From Balamuthia mandrillaris (taxonomy: Eukaryota): a stretch of 64,000 nt of DNA. Where the stretch lies: positions 1 through 64,000 of the forward strand of contig JAVKOQ020000086.1 in the NCBI GenBank assembly GCA_031835245.2, given 5' to 3'. This document shows positions 1-10,960 of this stretch, in pieces (positions within the stretch are counted from its first letter, which is position 1; every line of letters begins with the position of its first letter). Position numbers and translations under genes: made by a program. The notes under the pieces are model-generated. The model made no database searches. It had not been told where the DNA came from and saw only the letters and a list, made by a program, of their open reading frames with translations.

Positions 1-159
1 CACGTAGAGCAGAGCCCAAAGCAATTATTAAGCACCATGGTAGCATAGCAGCCTTCAAGGAACATTGGGCAAAGCTGAGAGCTTGCATCTAGACGAAGCA
101 GGTCCAGAAGGACTGTTCTGGAGAGCTTTTTTAATGGAGGAAAAATTTGAGGGTGGGCA

Positions 160-1180
160 AAGCAGCTGGAGTGGATAATATCAATGGGGAAATGATGAAG
201 TATGGAGGTAAACATGTTCAAGACACAACGACACTGATCAAGGCCATTAAGAACCAAGGAGTTACTCTTCTACAACACAGCCAAGGTGTTTGAGAGAGCT
301 ATCTTAGTGCAGTTGAACAAACAAACAAGAGAGCAAGGATGGATAAGTGATTGCCAGGGCGGATTTAGAAAAGGAGAAGGAGTCATGGATCAAGTGTGGT
401 GGTTGAAGAAATGCCTAATGAAGAGAAGCAAAGAAAGTACTTATATTGTTCTGTTGGATATCAGCAAGGCATATGACATGCTTAACCATGATATATTGGC
501 AAGGACATTGTGCAAAAGAGGAGCAGAAGAGGCAACAGTGGGCATTATTGCAGAGTGGTACCATGGTATAACAAGTGTCATTCGCATAAATAAGCAACCC
601 TCTAAGGAATTTCTGGTAGAAAGAGTTAAGCAAGGAGGAGTTTTGTCTCTCTTCTTGTTTAATGTGTATATCAACGTGGTGGCAAGGAAGCTACAGGTGG
701 CAAAGGAGAAGGAAGGAGGAGATAAAGCAAGGAATGTTTGCTTGTTGTTTGGAGATGATTTGGCAGTCTGCCATTTGGAAAAAAGTGGTGAGCCATTCAA
801 CAGTCTGAAGAGGACAGTAAGTGCCTTGCTGAGGAAGAAACAGCAGAACACTTCCTATAAAGATGCCCAGATCTTTGGGAAGCTTTATTAATATCCATTT
901 GAAAGAAGAACAAACACGTTCATTCAAAAGAATGTACTTGTCAAGATGCCCTTATGTAACAATCTCAACAACAAAGGCAAGAAAATCCCATTGTATATTA
1001 GAAGTAACTCACAAGTCAATTCCAAATGGACTATTTAGCTTGTTCAAGTCAACCAACAGTATTAATGAGGACTTTGTTAAAGAGTCTTTAACGATGGTTG
1101 ATATCGGTGTGCTTTATACCCAAGAGTGTGACTCATGTCTAATGTGCAAAGAGAGAAAAGAAAGAAAGGAAAGGAAATAA
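160..1180 (+). pseudogene. Decayed non-LTR (LINE-like) retrotransposon reverse transcriptase fragment
   Basis: KAAGVDNINGEMMKYG (~160-210), QGGFRKGEG, LLDISKAYD, VKQGGVLSLFLFN and LFGDD match the order of non-LTR RT motifs; frameshifts, internal deletions and CpG depletion. Confidence 0.85.
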
Positions 1181-1220
1181 AGAAGATGAAAGCAGCTACA
1201 GAAAAAACAAAACATAAACT

Positions 1221-1345
1221 TTGCCAACACAATGGGACTTGTCCATGAACTTTAAGTACCTCTATGGAAGATTGGCAACATTTGCAACCCAATTGAGGTA
1301 GTAACTGATATTTTCTTTGGTGAACTTGTGTAGCTATACTTTCTC
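1221..1345 (-). pseudogene. Possible IS630/Tc1-mariner transposase scrap
   Basis: Minus strand reads V*LHKFTKENISYYLNWVANVANLP*RYLKFMDKSHCVGK, resembling the LxFxDES first-catalytic-Asp region of IS630/Tc1 transposases; two stops. Short and recognised by eye only. Confidence 0.35.
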
Positions 1346-1669
1346 TGTGTTAAGAATTACCTTTAATATTGGTTCTGTTGCCCCTTTTCTTTCCTTTCCT
1401 TTCTGTTGACATCTGTGATATAGACTAATTGCCTACTGCCACATTGCTGGGCTTCTTCCTTTTATTTTATTGCTTCTTTCTTTCTTTCTTTTAGTTAGTT
1501 AGTTTTGGTTCACACCACACTTTCCCTCTTGACACTTGTAGTGTAAAAAAAGTTGCTTTACTTGGAGTTGAACAAAGATACCTTTTTATTTTGGTATAAA
1601 ACAAAAATCAAATCAAAGTGTTTCCTTTCTTAATGTAGTAGTAATAAAAGTTTAGTAGTAGTATTCTTT

Positions 1670-1845
1670 TGTTGGAAAACCAACAATTCACGATTAATGA
1701 CTTCCTGTCAACAGTCTCCCTGGATACCCCAAATTCTCTTACTCCTTTTTATTTTCCACTTTTCCAGATAATGTGGATCAAGAAAGGGATGGCATGTGAG
1801 CCACTCTGGGTTTATTCACAAGAAAGGGTTTATCCCTCATCAACA
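1670..1845 (+). mobile_element. Short solo LTR (internally reduced relative of 1950-3045)
   Basis: Starts TGTTGG, ends CATCAACA, flanked by 4-bp direct repeat CTTT (1666-1669, 1846-1849); its first ~155 bp are homologous, in inverted orientation, to 2873-3045. Confidence 0.7.
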
Positions 1846-1949
1846 CTTTCTTTATGTATTTTATCATGAAAAGTGAAGATCTCTCTAGTTAACATAAATG
1901 ATAGCCTTCATTTGGAGTTTGTGTTAGTGATTGAAATTCATTGGATAGT

Positions 1950-3045
1950 TGTTGATGGTTTATGAATTTTGATTAATTATACAATTTACTCTTGCTCCTG
2001 TCAAGTGGAAAGAAATGTAACAGAGCTCAAGAGATGGAACAATGTAAGCAAAGTTGTAAACGAGTCTGGAGATTATGGGCAGCAAGAGCAAGTTGGAAGC
2101 ATGGAAGTTCTTCTGCATTTTATCAGTCTTTGGAAGTAATGTAAGCAAGGAAAAGAGGAAAAAGGAAAGGGAAAGAAAAGGATAGCTAGATGATACAAAG
2201 TTGGTCTGAAATCTCATTCAACACCTTTCACTTGTGAATTGAGTAACAATTGGGAAGGCATTGAGGATGAGGGAGTAAGAAAAGTAAGAGTACACTATGT
2301 ATGTACAAGGCTTACTTTTTATGTATAGATTGGTGTTGCTCTCAGAGCAAATAAACTTTTTATTACTACTACAATTTACTCAGTGTCAAAGAGGTGTGAA
2401 GAAAGTAATGCAGCTACACTATCATGCCCTTCCTTCCTTTTGCTTGAAGCTACTGTTCCTCTTTACCTTGTTTTGGCACATCTCTTTCTCTCTCTTTTTC
2501 TCTCTCTCTCTTTTCCTCTCTCTCTTTCCCTCTCTCTCTTTCTTTCTCTGGGCATTATTGCTCTAACTCAGCAAAAAACAAAGAGGACAAGTTGAGGAGA
2601 AACCAGGAGCAGTGACACATGGATCCAGGGCTCTTTGCAATAGCAAACTGGACTGCATCCCACCAGCGAGTGCCAGCAACAAATGAGGGCCTATGGAAAA
2701 CAAGCTTGATGGGCCATCTTTTTGAATGATCATCACATCACATGAATTGATCACACTTGGAGCCATAGAGTATGCTTCGCTCTCTACCTTGCTGTGCTTC
2801 CTGTTTTGGCTTTTTGTTAAAAGCCCTTTTTCCTCATGACACACACAAAGCACACACTTTGGTCCACACCTCTTTTCTTGTGAATAAACCCAGAGTCACT
2901 TATACCATGCCATCCCTTTCTTGATCCACAGGGTTTATTCTCTTTCATCCCTCTCTGGAGATTTCACAAAGGGTGAGAGAATTTGGGGTATCCAAGGAGA
3001 GTGTCGATAGGAAGTCATAATGACGTGAATTGTTGTTTTCCAACA
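1950..3045 (-). mobile_element. ~1.1-kb solo LTR
   Basis: On the minus strand starts TGTTGGAAAAC and ends CATCAACA; perfect 5-bp TSD ATAGT at 1945-1949 and 3046-3050; no credible ORF. Confidence 0.7.
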
Positions 3046-3748
3046 ATAGTATCTCAGGACTGTTATACCACTTTCCCATAATACCTATTCCTATCTCTCC
3101 TTGTATATATATTTCTTTCTTTCATTCTATTAAAGGTCTTTCCCTGTACACAACGAGTTGGTATCCGTTGGGTTGTTCCCTCACTGGCCTTATCACAGGA
3201 CAATACTTGTTGCAGTCTCCTTACTCATCTCTTTCTCTTTCTCTGCCTATATAATCTATATAACAAGGTTGACTTCACAATTGCCTTTGTAGCAATTTGG
3301 GCAGTGCATATTAAATTAGAGACATTATGTTCCTCAGCAGCTAGAATGTGTTAGCACTGACCTCTCAGGGCTTAAGTGGCTGTTCTCCTAGAAAATCCGT
3401 TGATCAAGTTGGCAAGGTAGATTGCTAAGCAACAGAAAAAATTGATTGTTGGAGTGTGCTGTTGTGCTGCAGCTTTACTGCACAGATGGTTCAGGTCATC
3501 TGCAAAAGCGTGTTGGGAAGTAAAAGTTGCCGGCAACAGAGGAGAAGGAGTTGATCTCTCTCAGTTTTCTGAACTACAATAACACGCAATTGAAGCACAG
3601 GAAACGTTGTATATTTTTGTTGCCAATGGATCCATAGACACTATCACTGTCGCTCAGATGCTCTTGCCAACGATCCTTGTTGGTAAAATCAACCAACATT
3701 TTTTTTGACTTACATAAGTGATTCAAATCCTCTTGCGCTACGCACATC

Positions 3749-4790
3749 ATGGAAGCCCCAGCCACTCTCAACACCCTCCGTGAACAGCTTCACAAGGCAC
3801 AACAGGAGTACCTTCGCATGCTCCAACAATCTTTTCAACTTGAGCTCGACATCCCCAGCTGTCCTGAGACTGAACGCGTCGCCAAAGAAGAAGAACAGCG
3901 CAAGTTAGACGAAACCCAACAAAGTGGTCTATACGCTGTTGTAACCGTTCCATGGCCTTTCTAGTGTGTTCGGCGGTTTCCATCTCGGCCACACTAGGCA
4001 ACTCTTCCACGTGCAACACTACTGCTGCCGCTGTTTCTCCTCCCTCGCCCGTTCCACAGATCTCTCCCATACAGTCACCTCGTTCGAGTTCACCCTCTCC
4101 CATTGACGTTTCCGTCAACAACACAACTGCTTCCAACAGCACACACGTTGCCTCTGTTCCAGAAACACAGAACAACACAACTACTCCTCCCCCTCCTACT
4201 CAGAAGAAAATGCCTCGCCTTCCCCCCCGGACTACCTAAGTTCGACGTCAGCAAGCGCCAGGACCCCGCTCTTCACACCATGGAACTGGAGTATCACCTT
4301 AACGCCTACAACTACCCTGAGGATAGATGGACGCAAGCCCTCATCACCACCCTTGTTGGAGACGGACGTCTTTGGGCCATTAGCGCTCTACGAGACCAAC
4401 CATGGAACGTCGCTCGAGACCTCTTCCATCGGCACTACCGCCTTCCAGACATCGAGGCCACAACGATTGAGGCCGTCACGTCGTTTCGACAGAAGCCTGG
4501 CGAAAGCGTTCATCAGCTCATCGATCGGTACTCTGTACTCTGTAATCGTCTTCCTGACACCTTCTACGACTACCTTAAAGCCTTTTTCTTTGGATGAGCC
4601 CTTCTTCCCCACATCAAGTCGAAGTACAAGCAACAGACTCTTCGCAACAAGCCACAAGACGTCATCGCTGCTTTCGAGCTCGCAGTCCTCATAGAAACAG
4701 AGTTTCCCCAACCTTCTTCGAAAGATAAAGGTCACAGCAAATCACCTCAACGGGTCATTGCTCTCAACTCTATCACCGTCACTGACGATA
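3749..4790 (+). pseudogene. Gypsy gag, frameshifted and with a nonsense codon
   Basis: Pieces 3749-3964, 3952-4239 and 4103-4597 (W...RDLFHRHY...FRQKPGESVHQLIDRY, retrotransposon gag-like); TGA at 4595-4597 with the reading frame continuing after it. Confidence 0.75.
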
Positions 4791-7230
4791 TGCCCGGACT
4801 CAACGACCCTATTTGTGCCCCGATGACCATCAACGGCCGTCGTGTCACTGCTGTCATAGACTCTAGCGCCAGCCACTCCTTTATGGACCCTTCTATTGTT
4901 GACTTAGTTCGTGCCAAAACCAAGCAAGCCTACTACACGGTCAAACTCGGACACTGTGAAACCACCGCTACATGGCCGCCGAAACGGAGCCACTCGCTAT
5001 TGGCTTCGGCGAACGCCGTTTCCATCACATGTTCTCCGTGTTGCCTCAACCAGACGGTCAGTCGATCATCTTGGGCCGCGACTTCATGCGCAAGTCCGGC
5101 ATGGGCATAACGGACGTTCCAATCGACTACCCTGAGGAACCACTACCCCGCTCCAAGGACCACGACATCACCCGACGCCAACAGCAACGTTTGGTGAAAG
5201 CTGTCAAGGAACACATCCGCAAGCGTATTCTCGAAGCCATCGAGAAATACCTCCAGGAGAATGAGGCTCTACCGACAGGACCTTCCTGTACCCTCCCCGA
5301 AGCAGTTCTCCATCTGGACACTGGAGACAACCCGCCTGTCTTTCGCCATCAATATCCCATCCCGCACCATTTAATGCTCGTGATCGATCTGCAAGTGGCG
5401 GAATGGCTGCGTACCGGCGTCATCGTGCTTGCCCCACCCGACAGTCTCTGGAACTCTCCTCTTACCGTCGTACCCAAGAAGGACGCTGACGGCAACGTCA
5501 CCCAGTGGCGTGTCTGCATCGACCCGCGCCTCCTGAACAAGCTCCTCTTAGACCTCACATACCCCTTCCCTACTATCCGCAGCATTATCTCCAAAGTGCA
5601 AGGCTTTTTCATCGCCTCTGCCCTCGACCTTATCTGGTCTTACACGCAATGCCCCATTGCTCCTGAAGACTGCGTCAAAACTACATTCACATGGAACGGT
5701 CGTCGTTATATGTTCGTCACCGCCATTTTTGGCATCAAGATCGTTGCACAGCACTTCCAGCGCCTCATGGACGTTGTCACTGCCGCTATTGCCGAGTTCA
5801 CTTCCCATTACATCGATCACCTCGCTGTCGTTTCCCAAAGCGTGGAAGAACATATCGAGCACCTTATCCGCGTTATCCTCACTCTCACCGCTGCGGGACT
5901 CCGTATCCGTCGGGAGAAGTGTCAGTTCGGGTACAAACGCCTCTGCATCCTCGGTTTTATCATTGACCGCAGCAACATCCTTCCCGACCAACGCAAGCTC
6001 TCCACCTTCGCACTCCTAGAAGTACCTTCCACCGGCAAGCAAATGCAATCCTTCCTTGGCTTTGCAGGCTACCTCCGCGACTTCGTTCCCATGTTCGCCC
6101 AACTCGTTCGCCCCCTTGACGCCCTCCGAGATCGTCCACCGCCCTGGCGTTCACATGATTCTCGAGGACTGTCTCTCTCGGCTATACCCACGCTCCTTCT
6201 GGGACAACGGTGGTCTTACACCCCCCTCCATCCCTTCGATCACGTCGCCATCGATCTGTTTGGCCCACTTCCCACTTCTTCCAAAGGCTTCAACTACGTT
6301 CTGGTCACCACAGACATCGCTACCCGGTTCACTTCTCTCCGCCCAGTCCACGCCAAGACTGCCAAAGATGTGGCCCGCACCCTCTATCAAGTCATCTCTG
6401 ATTTCGGCCTCCCTAAGATCCTTCAGTCTGACAACGGCACTGAGTTCGTCAACGCGGTCATCAAAGCTCTCAAGACACTCTCTGGCTTTGAGCACCGGTT
6501 CATCTCGGCCTATCATCCTCGAGCTAACGGAGCTGCAGAAAGCCATGTCAAGCTGGCCCGCAACACCCTTAACAGCGATTGGTCTCACTGGCACACCTTT
6601 CTTCCTGCCGCCCAATATGCAATCAACCAACGCGTTACCCGTCGTCACAAGTCTTCCCCTTTCCAACTGTTCTTTGGTCGCCCAGCTACCACTCCACAAG
6701 ACTATTCTTCTTCCTCCTCCCAGCTTCCTACCGAAACTCTCCTCTTGGAGAACGCCAAGCAAATGCATGATATTGTCTACCCGGCATCAGCATCTTCTAC
6801 TCGGAAGCACAGCTCCAACACCAAGGCTCAACATGATTCTTCTAAGCCACTCCGCGAATTTTCCGCTGGCCCCAAAGTCATGCTACACAAGCCTCCCAGG
6901 TCTCCCAAGTCTCTTCCTGAATACTCTGGCTCTTACACAGTCATCCGCTGCAATCGTGGTGGTGCATACTTCCTCCAGGACAGCACTGGCGTTACCCTCC
7001 TGGACAATTTCAGCCCCAACCAGCTGAAGCTCATCCCCCCCCACCCTACTACCAATGACCTCCCACCCGATGAGTACGAAATAGATGAAATCCTTGATCA
7101 CAAAGGCCCAGCCAATAAGCGTGAATACTTTGTTCACTGGAAAGGCTACCCACATTCCGATAACCAATGGATCCCTGCTAAAGATGTTCATGCTCCCAAA
7201 CTCGTCAAACGTTATTGGGACCTTCTCAAA
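4790..7230 (+). pseudogene. Gypsy pol: protease, RT, integrase core, chromodomain; RNase H and integrase Zn-finger deleted
   Basis: Protease AVIDSSASHSF; RT WNSPLTVVPKKD..WRVCID and YIDH in place of YIDD; integrase IDLFGP, SDNGTEF, YHPRANGAAE; chromodomain EYEIDEILDH..EYFVHWKGY. Confidence 0.93.
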
Positions 7231-7451
7231 CAACACTTATCTCAAGACTCCTCATGTTGGATCCGTCCCGGACCCTCAGCTCTCCTTTCTTTTTGTATCC
7301 TCCATCCTTCCTTTCTCCCTTTTCCCCTTTCTCTCGGTGTACTTTGAAGCAACGGCGGAGATTCACTCTCGTTGTCCTTCCTCTATTCTCTTGAATACAC
7401 TCCTTGTCTCGTCACCGACTCTTGTATCCTTGAGGTTGGATTCAACCAACA
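7231..7451 (+). repeat. 3' LTR lacking its first ~14 nt
   Basis: Ends TTCAACCAACA followed by the TSD; 7231-7330 is near-identical to the reverse complement of 13305-13403, which retains the missing TGTTGGTAAAATCA start. Confidence 0.88.
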
Positions 7452-7804
7452 TCCTACTATCGAGCGTATCATCACCCCTCGTCTTGCTCTTACCCGTTGC
7501 CGAGTACCTGGCCTACACCTGTGGTAAGCATATTCTGGTTATCTTGACGGACCGCTGTTCTTCGCGTTTTGGCCTCATAAGAATTTTCGTAGAGTCAATT
7601 CGGAAATTTGATAGGGATCTTGTTCAAGATCAAGTTGTGCTGACGTAACCGGCAGAAAAAGACAAAAGGGGTACAGTACCCCTCAAAAAATGTGGCATTT
7701 TTTCGTGTCGACGTGACATATGGTGGACAATTACTGCTCGTTTTGTGCTTTTTTTTTGTGTTCTCACGACAAACACGAAAGAGAAGCATGCCTCTCGTCC
7801 TGCT

Positions 7805-10200
7805 ATGACGCCAGAACAACAAGCAGAAAAAGCAGCACGCACGGCTGCTTCGAAGGCAAAGTCCAAAGAAAAGGCAGAAGTCAAGCGCAAGGCTCGTGCT
7901 CTTCTTGATGGTTTAAAACTTCGTGAAGCCTTCCGAGCACTCCCTATGAAACAAATCGACCTCTTCGAATACCCAGACTCGGTTGGCCAGCTTCTGGACG
8001 GTGTGTGGGGAGGCTACTTCGAAGACCACCTGAGCAACCACTCCGTGAGACACGTGCTGTGGACCTTGCTCTTGGAAGCAAGCTTCTGCTCAGCATAAGC
8101 CAAAAGATGGAGAAGGAGCGCAAGAAGATGTATCAAGAGAAGATGACGAAGGCAGCACACAAAGCGGTATCATCCCAAATAACCGTGAAGGTGGAAAAGA
8201 AGGTTTTGCTTTCGCTTGGCAAAAGAACAGTTGGTTCACGGCACAATCATCAGATGGTGAGCCAAGTTTCACGTCAAAAATGGCGACGATCACAACGATT
8301 GGATCCAAACAAGACAGCTGACTCTTGTGCCATCCAGGATTACCTCGCTTGGCGGACTTCTATAACTACATCTGAAGTGCGTCGCTTCATTGTGGTGATG
8401 CTCAAGTCAGGCTACAACCGCGCAGCAGATGTGAAAGCGATGATCAGCGATGAAGACGCCCTCTACCACTTCGCCACTGACCTTTTCCCCCGCGACCGCT
8501 TCTTGGTGCTCTATCGATGCTTTCGGTTTTCTGACAACTTTGTCCATCATCTTCAAACTACAATAAACGAGAACACAGCCAAAGCGTGGTCTCCAGCATT
8601 GATTGCTGCAATTGATGAGTCTCTCTGCCCCTACATGGGAGCAAATAACCCCAACCACGTCTTCATTATTCGCAAACCTCACCCTAACGGAACCCAATTC
8701 TGGTTATTAGTGGACCGCTCTGGTGTTTGCCTCTACATGTCCATGTATGAGCGAGGCAAACCAAAGGAAGCAGCAGCAGAGACCTTAGCCCACCTTGCCT
8801 CCTTTGCACTTCTGTGAAGCGAGATAGACCCAATGCCATCTTTGGCCAATGGCTTCTTAATGGCCTTGGTGACAAGGAGTCCGCCCATGCCCGTCTTCGA
8901 GTCAATGCCATTCCTCCTCAACAAAAGCAACGTGGTGGGCAACCTCACATTGCTACTCCTGATGAGGCAAAAGAGCAACTCAGGTGTAGTAAAGTCCCAC
9001 CAACCCTTTTTGGTCCAGTTATAATGACTACAACGACTTCTCGGCAACAAATACCTGCTTACAGCCTTGAAGGAGATGGTGGAGAAGCAGAACAGCGTGC
9101 AGAGCTGGATAAGACATTTGTTCTAACAACTGAAGAAGCTCTAAACAACAACCCATTAGGCTTGCTTGAACGTCAAGCTGCAGAGTTAGCCCGACATTAT
9201 TCTCCATCAATGCCCTCAGATACTTCTTCGACAACAGCAGCTACAGCAGCAGCAACTAGAGCTCAGCAGAAGACAGAAGAGGAGATGGCTATTGCTCTTG
9301 CAGATACAGGCTACCTTGAAGGCATTGTTGAAGGAAACGTTGATGAGATTCGCCAAAAGCTCCGAGAGGCTGCAGTTGCAAAGAGGGCAAAGCCTGTTCC
9401 TCTTGATGCTCTTCCTTCTGACTTTGATGATGGCAATGATAACATCTTCACTACAATCCTTGCCTCTTCAATGAAACGCAACAAGAAAACGATAAACACA
9501 CTTTCTTCTGTCTCTTCTACTGCAAAGGCGGGAAATGTTGTTATCTCTTCCCTTATCGATGATGCTGACTGCAACGATCACCAACAAGTTCGTGTTTCGA
9601 AAGGAGACACGCTCTCGAGTGCGTGAATGCTACTCTGATAGGATAGATCCTGTGGATGAGCTTGACCGCGAAGTTCTTGAGTGCCTTCCGACCTTCAAAT
9701 GGCCACGATGGGAGTCATCCATAATCATGTGGATGGTGGTTGTCGCCCTTGTGTGCAATGCACGACGCTTTTGGCTGAGTGGGACCGGACAAGTGAACAG
9801 CAAAATCTCAACCAGGGAGTGGGTGTCTCGTCTCTATCGTGCCTTTTTCCCTACGCGCAAGCAGATCCGACAACCAGCTCCAGCTCTTATCAAAGGGCAG
9901 TGTCATTCGTGCAGCTGGCGCTCAGGAAAACAGTCACGCACAACACTCCTCTGTGCAAAGTGTGGATTCATTTGCAAGCGCTGCCAAGTACCTCGAGAGG
10001 ACGCTTGCCAGCTCTCCAAGCATGACATTTTTGCTTCTCAACATCGCAAACCTGGAACGCGCAGCGCTTGGACCGACTTTGCCAGGTTAACAGAAGCAAG
10101 AGAGAAGCAGCTGCTGAAGATGGCAAAAAAGGAGGTGAAAGAGGTGAAGAAGGAGGCGAAGAAGCAAAAAAAGATGAAGAAAAGAAAGACACTGCAGTAA
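7805..10200 (+). pseudogene. piggyBac-like transposase with C-terminal Cys-rich domain, in four frame-shifted pieces
   Basis: FPRDRFLVLYRCFRF; AIDESLCPYMG..FIIRKPHPNGTQFWLLVD (first Asp); YSDRIDPVDELDR (third Asp); KWPRW...VALVCNA; CHSC..CAKC..CKRC. The second-Asp segment is absent at the ~8800 break. Confidence 0.88.
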
Positions 10201-10354
10201 CTGGTCCCCCCAAAGTAGACACATGATAGTTTGTTGTGTAAAAAAAATTGTGTGTGGTTTTTTGTTCAACTGTTCGCTTGCATGTTTTCCCAGTTTTCTG
10301 CAATACTTTTTTTTTGTGGACAAATTTATTGAAAAATAAAAAATAAAAAAACAA

Positions 10355-10428
10355 ACCTCACACCGGGATCGAACCGAAAACCCTTCAGCAAAGCACAGTT
10401 CGTTGTCAACCAGACATCATATGTGAAG
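10355..10428 (-). ncRNA. tRNA-like / tRNA-derived sequence (degenerate, no assignable anticodon)
   Basis: CTTCACA...TGTGAGG forms a 7-bp acceptor stem over 73 nt, followed by TA at positions 8-9; B-box GGTTCGATCC with a 4-bp T stem; T-rich run downstream. The anticodon arm does not pair. Confidence 0.55.
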
Positions 10429-10634
10429 AGCGATGAGGGTCCACCAGGGGTACACAGCAGAAAGAGACAGCGGTCCTCCATACAGCAACTTGTCTTTGAG
10501 TGCTTCAAATGGCTCGCTTTGTCAATGGTGATGCTATTCAAGTGTGGTCATCTTTGCTTCATAGGCATAACAAATGAAACAGAATAAACTGTAGTGCAAA
10601 GGGTAGAGGCCAGTAAGCATTAGGCGCAAAAGAA

Positions 10635-10820
10635 AGAGGGAGAGGGAGAGGGAGAGGGAGAGGGAGAGGGAGAGAGGGAGAGGGAGAGGGAGAGGGAGAG
10701 GAGAGGGAGAGGGAGAGGGAGAGGGAGAGGAGGGAGAGAGGGAGAGGGAGAGGGGAGAGGGAGAGGGAGAGGGAGAGGGAGAGGGAGAGGGAGAGGGAGA
10801 GGGAGAGGGAGAGGGAGAGA
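10635..10820. repeat. (GAGAGG)n polypurine microsatellite
   Basis: Direct inspection. Confidence 0.95.
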
Positions 10821-10960
10821 ATTTGAGAGAGAAATTTAATAAAATAAAAGGCCAAAATAAATCAAATAATAAACTGGCCAACAAAAAAAAGTATTGTAGA
10901 AAACTGGGAAAACTTGGTTCGGCGGGGTAATACAGAAAGAAACAGACAAAAGAACTAAGA

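Larger units (their letters stand above)
3678..7451 (+). mobile_element. Defective chromodomain-containing Ty3/Gypsy LTR retrotransposon
   Basis: TG...CA termini, TSD TCCT (3674-3677, 7452-7455); gag, PR, RT, IN, chromodomain order; 5' LTR collapsed to 21 bp, 3' LTR at 7231-7451. Confidence 0.95.
3663..7552 (+). pseudogene. V-type ATPase subunit B gene fragment split by the Gypsy insertion (pieces 3663-3677 and 7456-7552)
   Basis: Removing the retrotransposon and one TSD copy gives LANDP|TIERIITPRLALT(+1 nt)VAEYLAYTCGKHILVILTD, the conserved V-ATPase B signature. Confidence 0.9.
7549..10476 (+). mobile_element. piggyBac-family DNA transposon, defective; putative short terminal inverted repeats
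   Basis: GGACCGCTGT at 7549-7558 and its reverse complement ACAGCGGTCC at 10467-10476 bracket a DDE_Tnp_1_7-like transposase; shared subterminal motifs; no TTAA TSD seen, so the ends are tentative. Confidence 0.65.

Noticed and set aside
1670..3045. Single MITE/Mutator-like element with ~160-bp TIRs
   Set aside because: Each arm has its own TG..CA ends and its own TSD, so two solo LTRs explain it better.
10355..10428. Functional tRNA, including tRNA-Sec because of the 4-bp T stem
   Set aside because: No paired anticodon stem, no TCA anticodon and no long variable arm.
10473..10560. Continuation of the V-ATPase B fragment after the piggyBac right end
   Set aside because: Only TCCTCC (SS) fits the expected MSSYA; the following sequence does not match.
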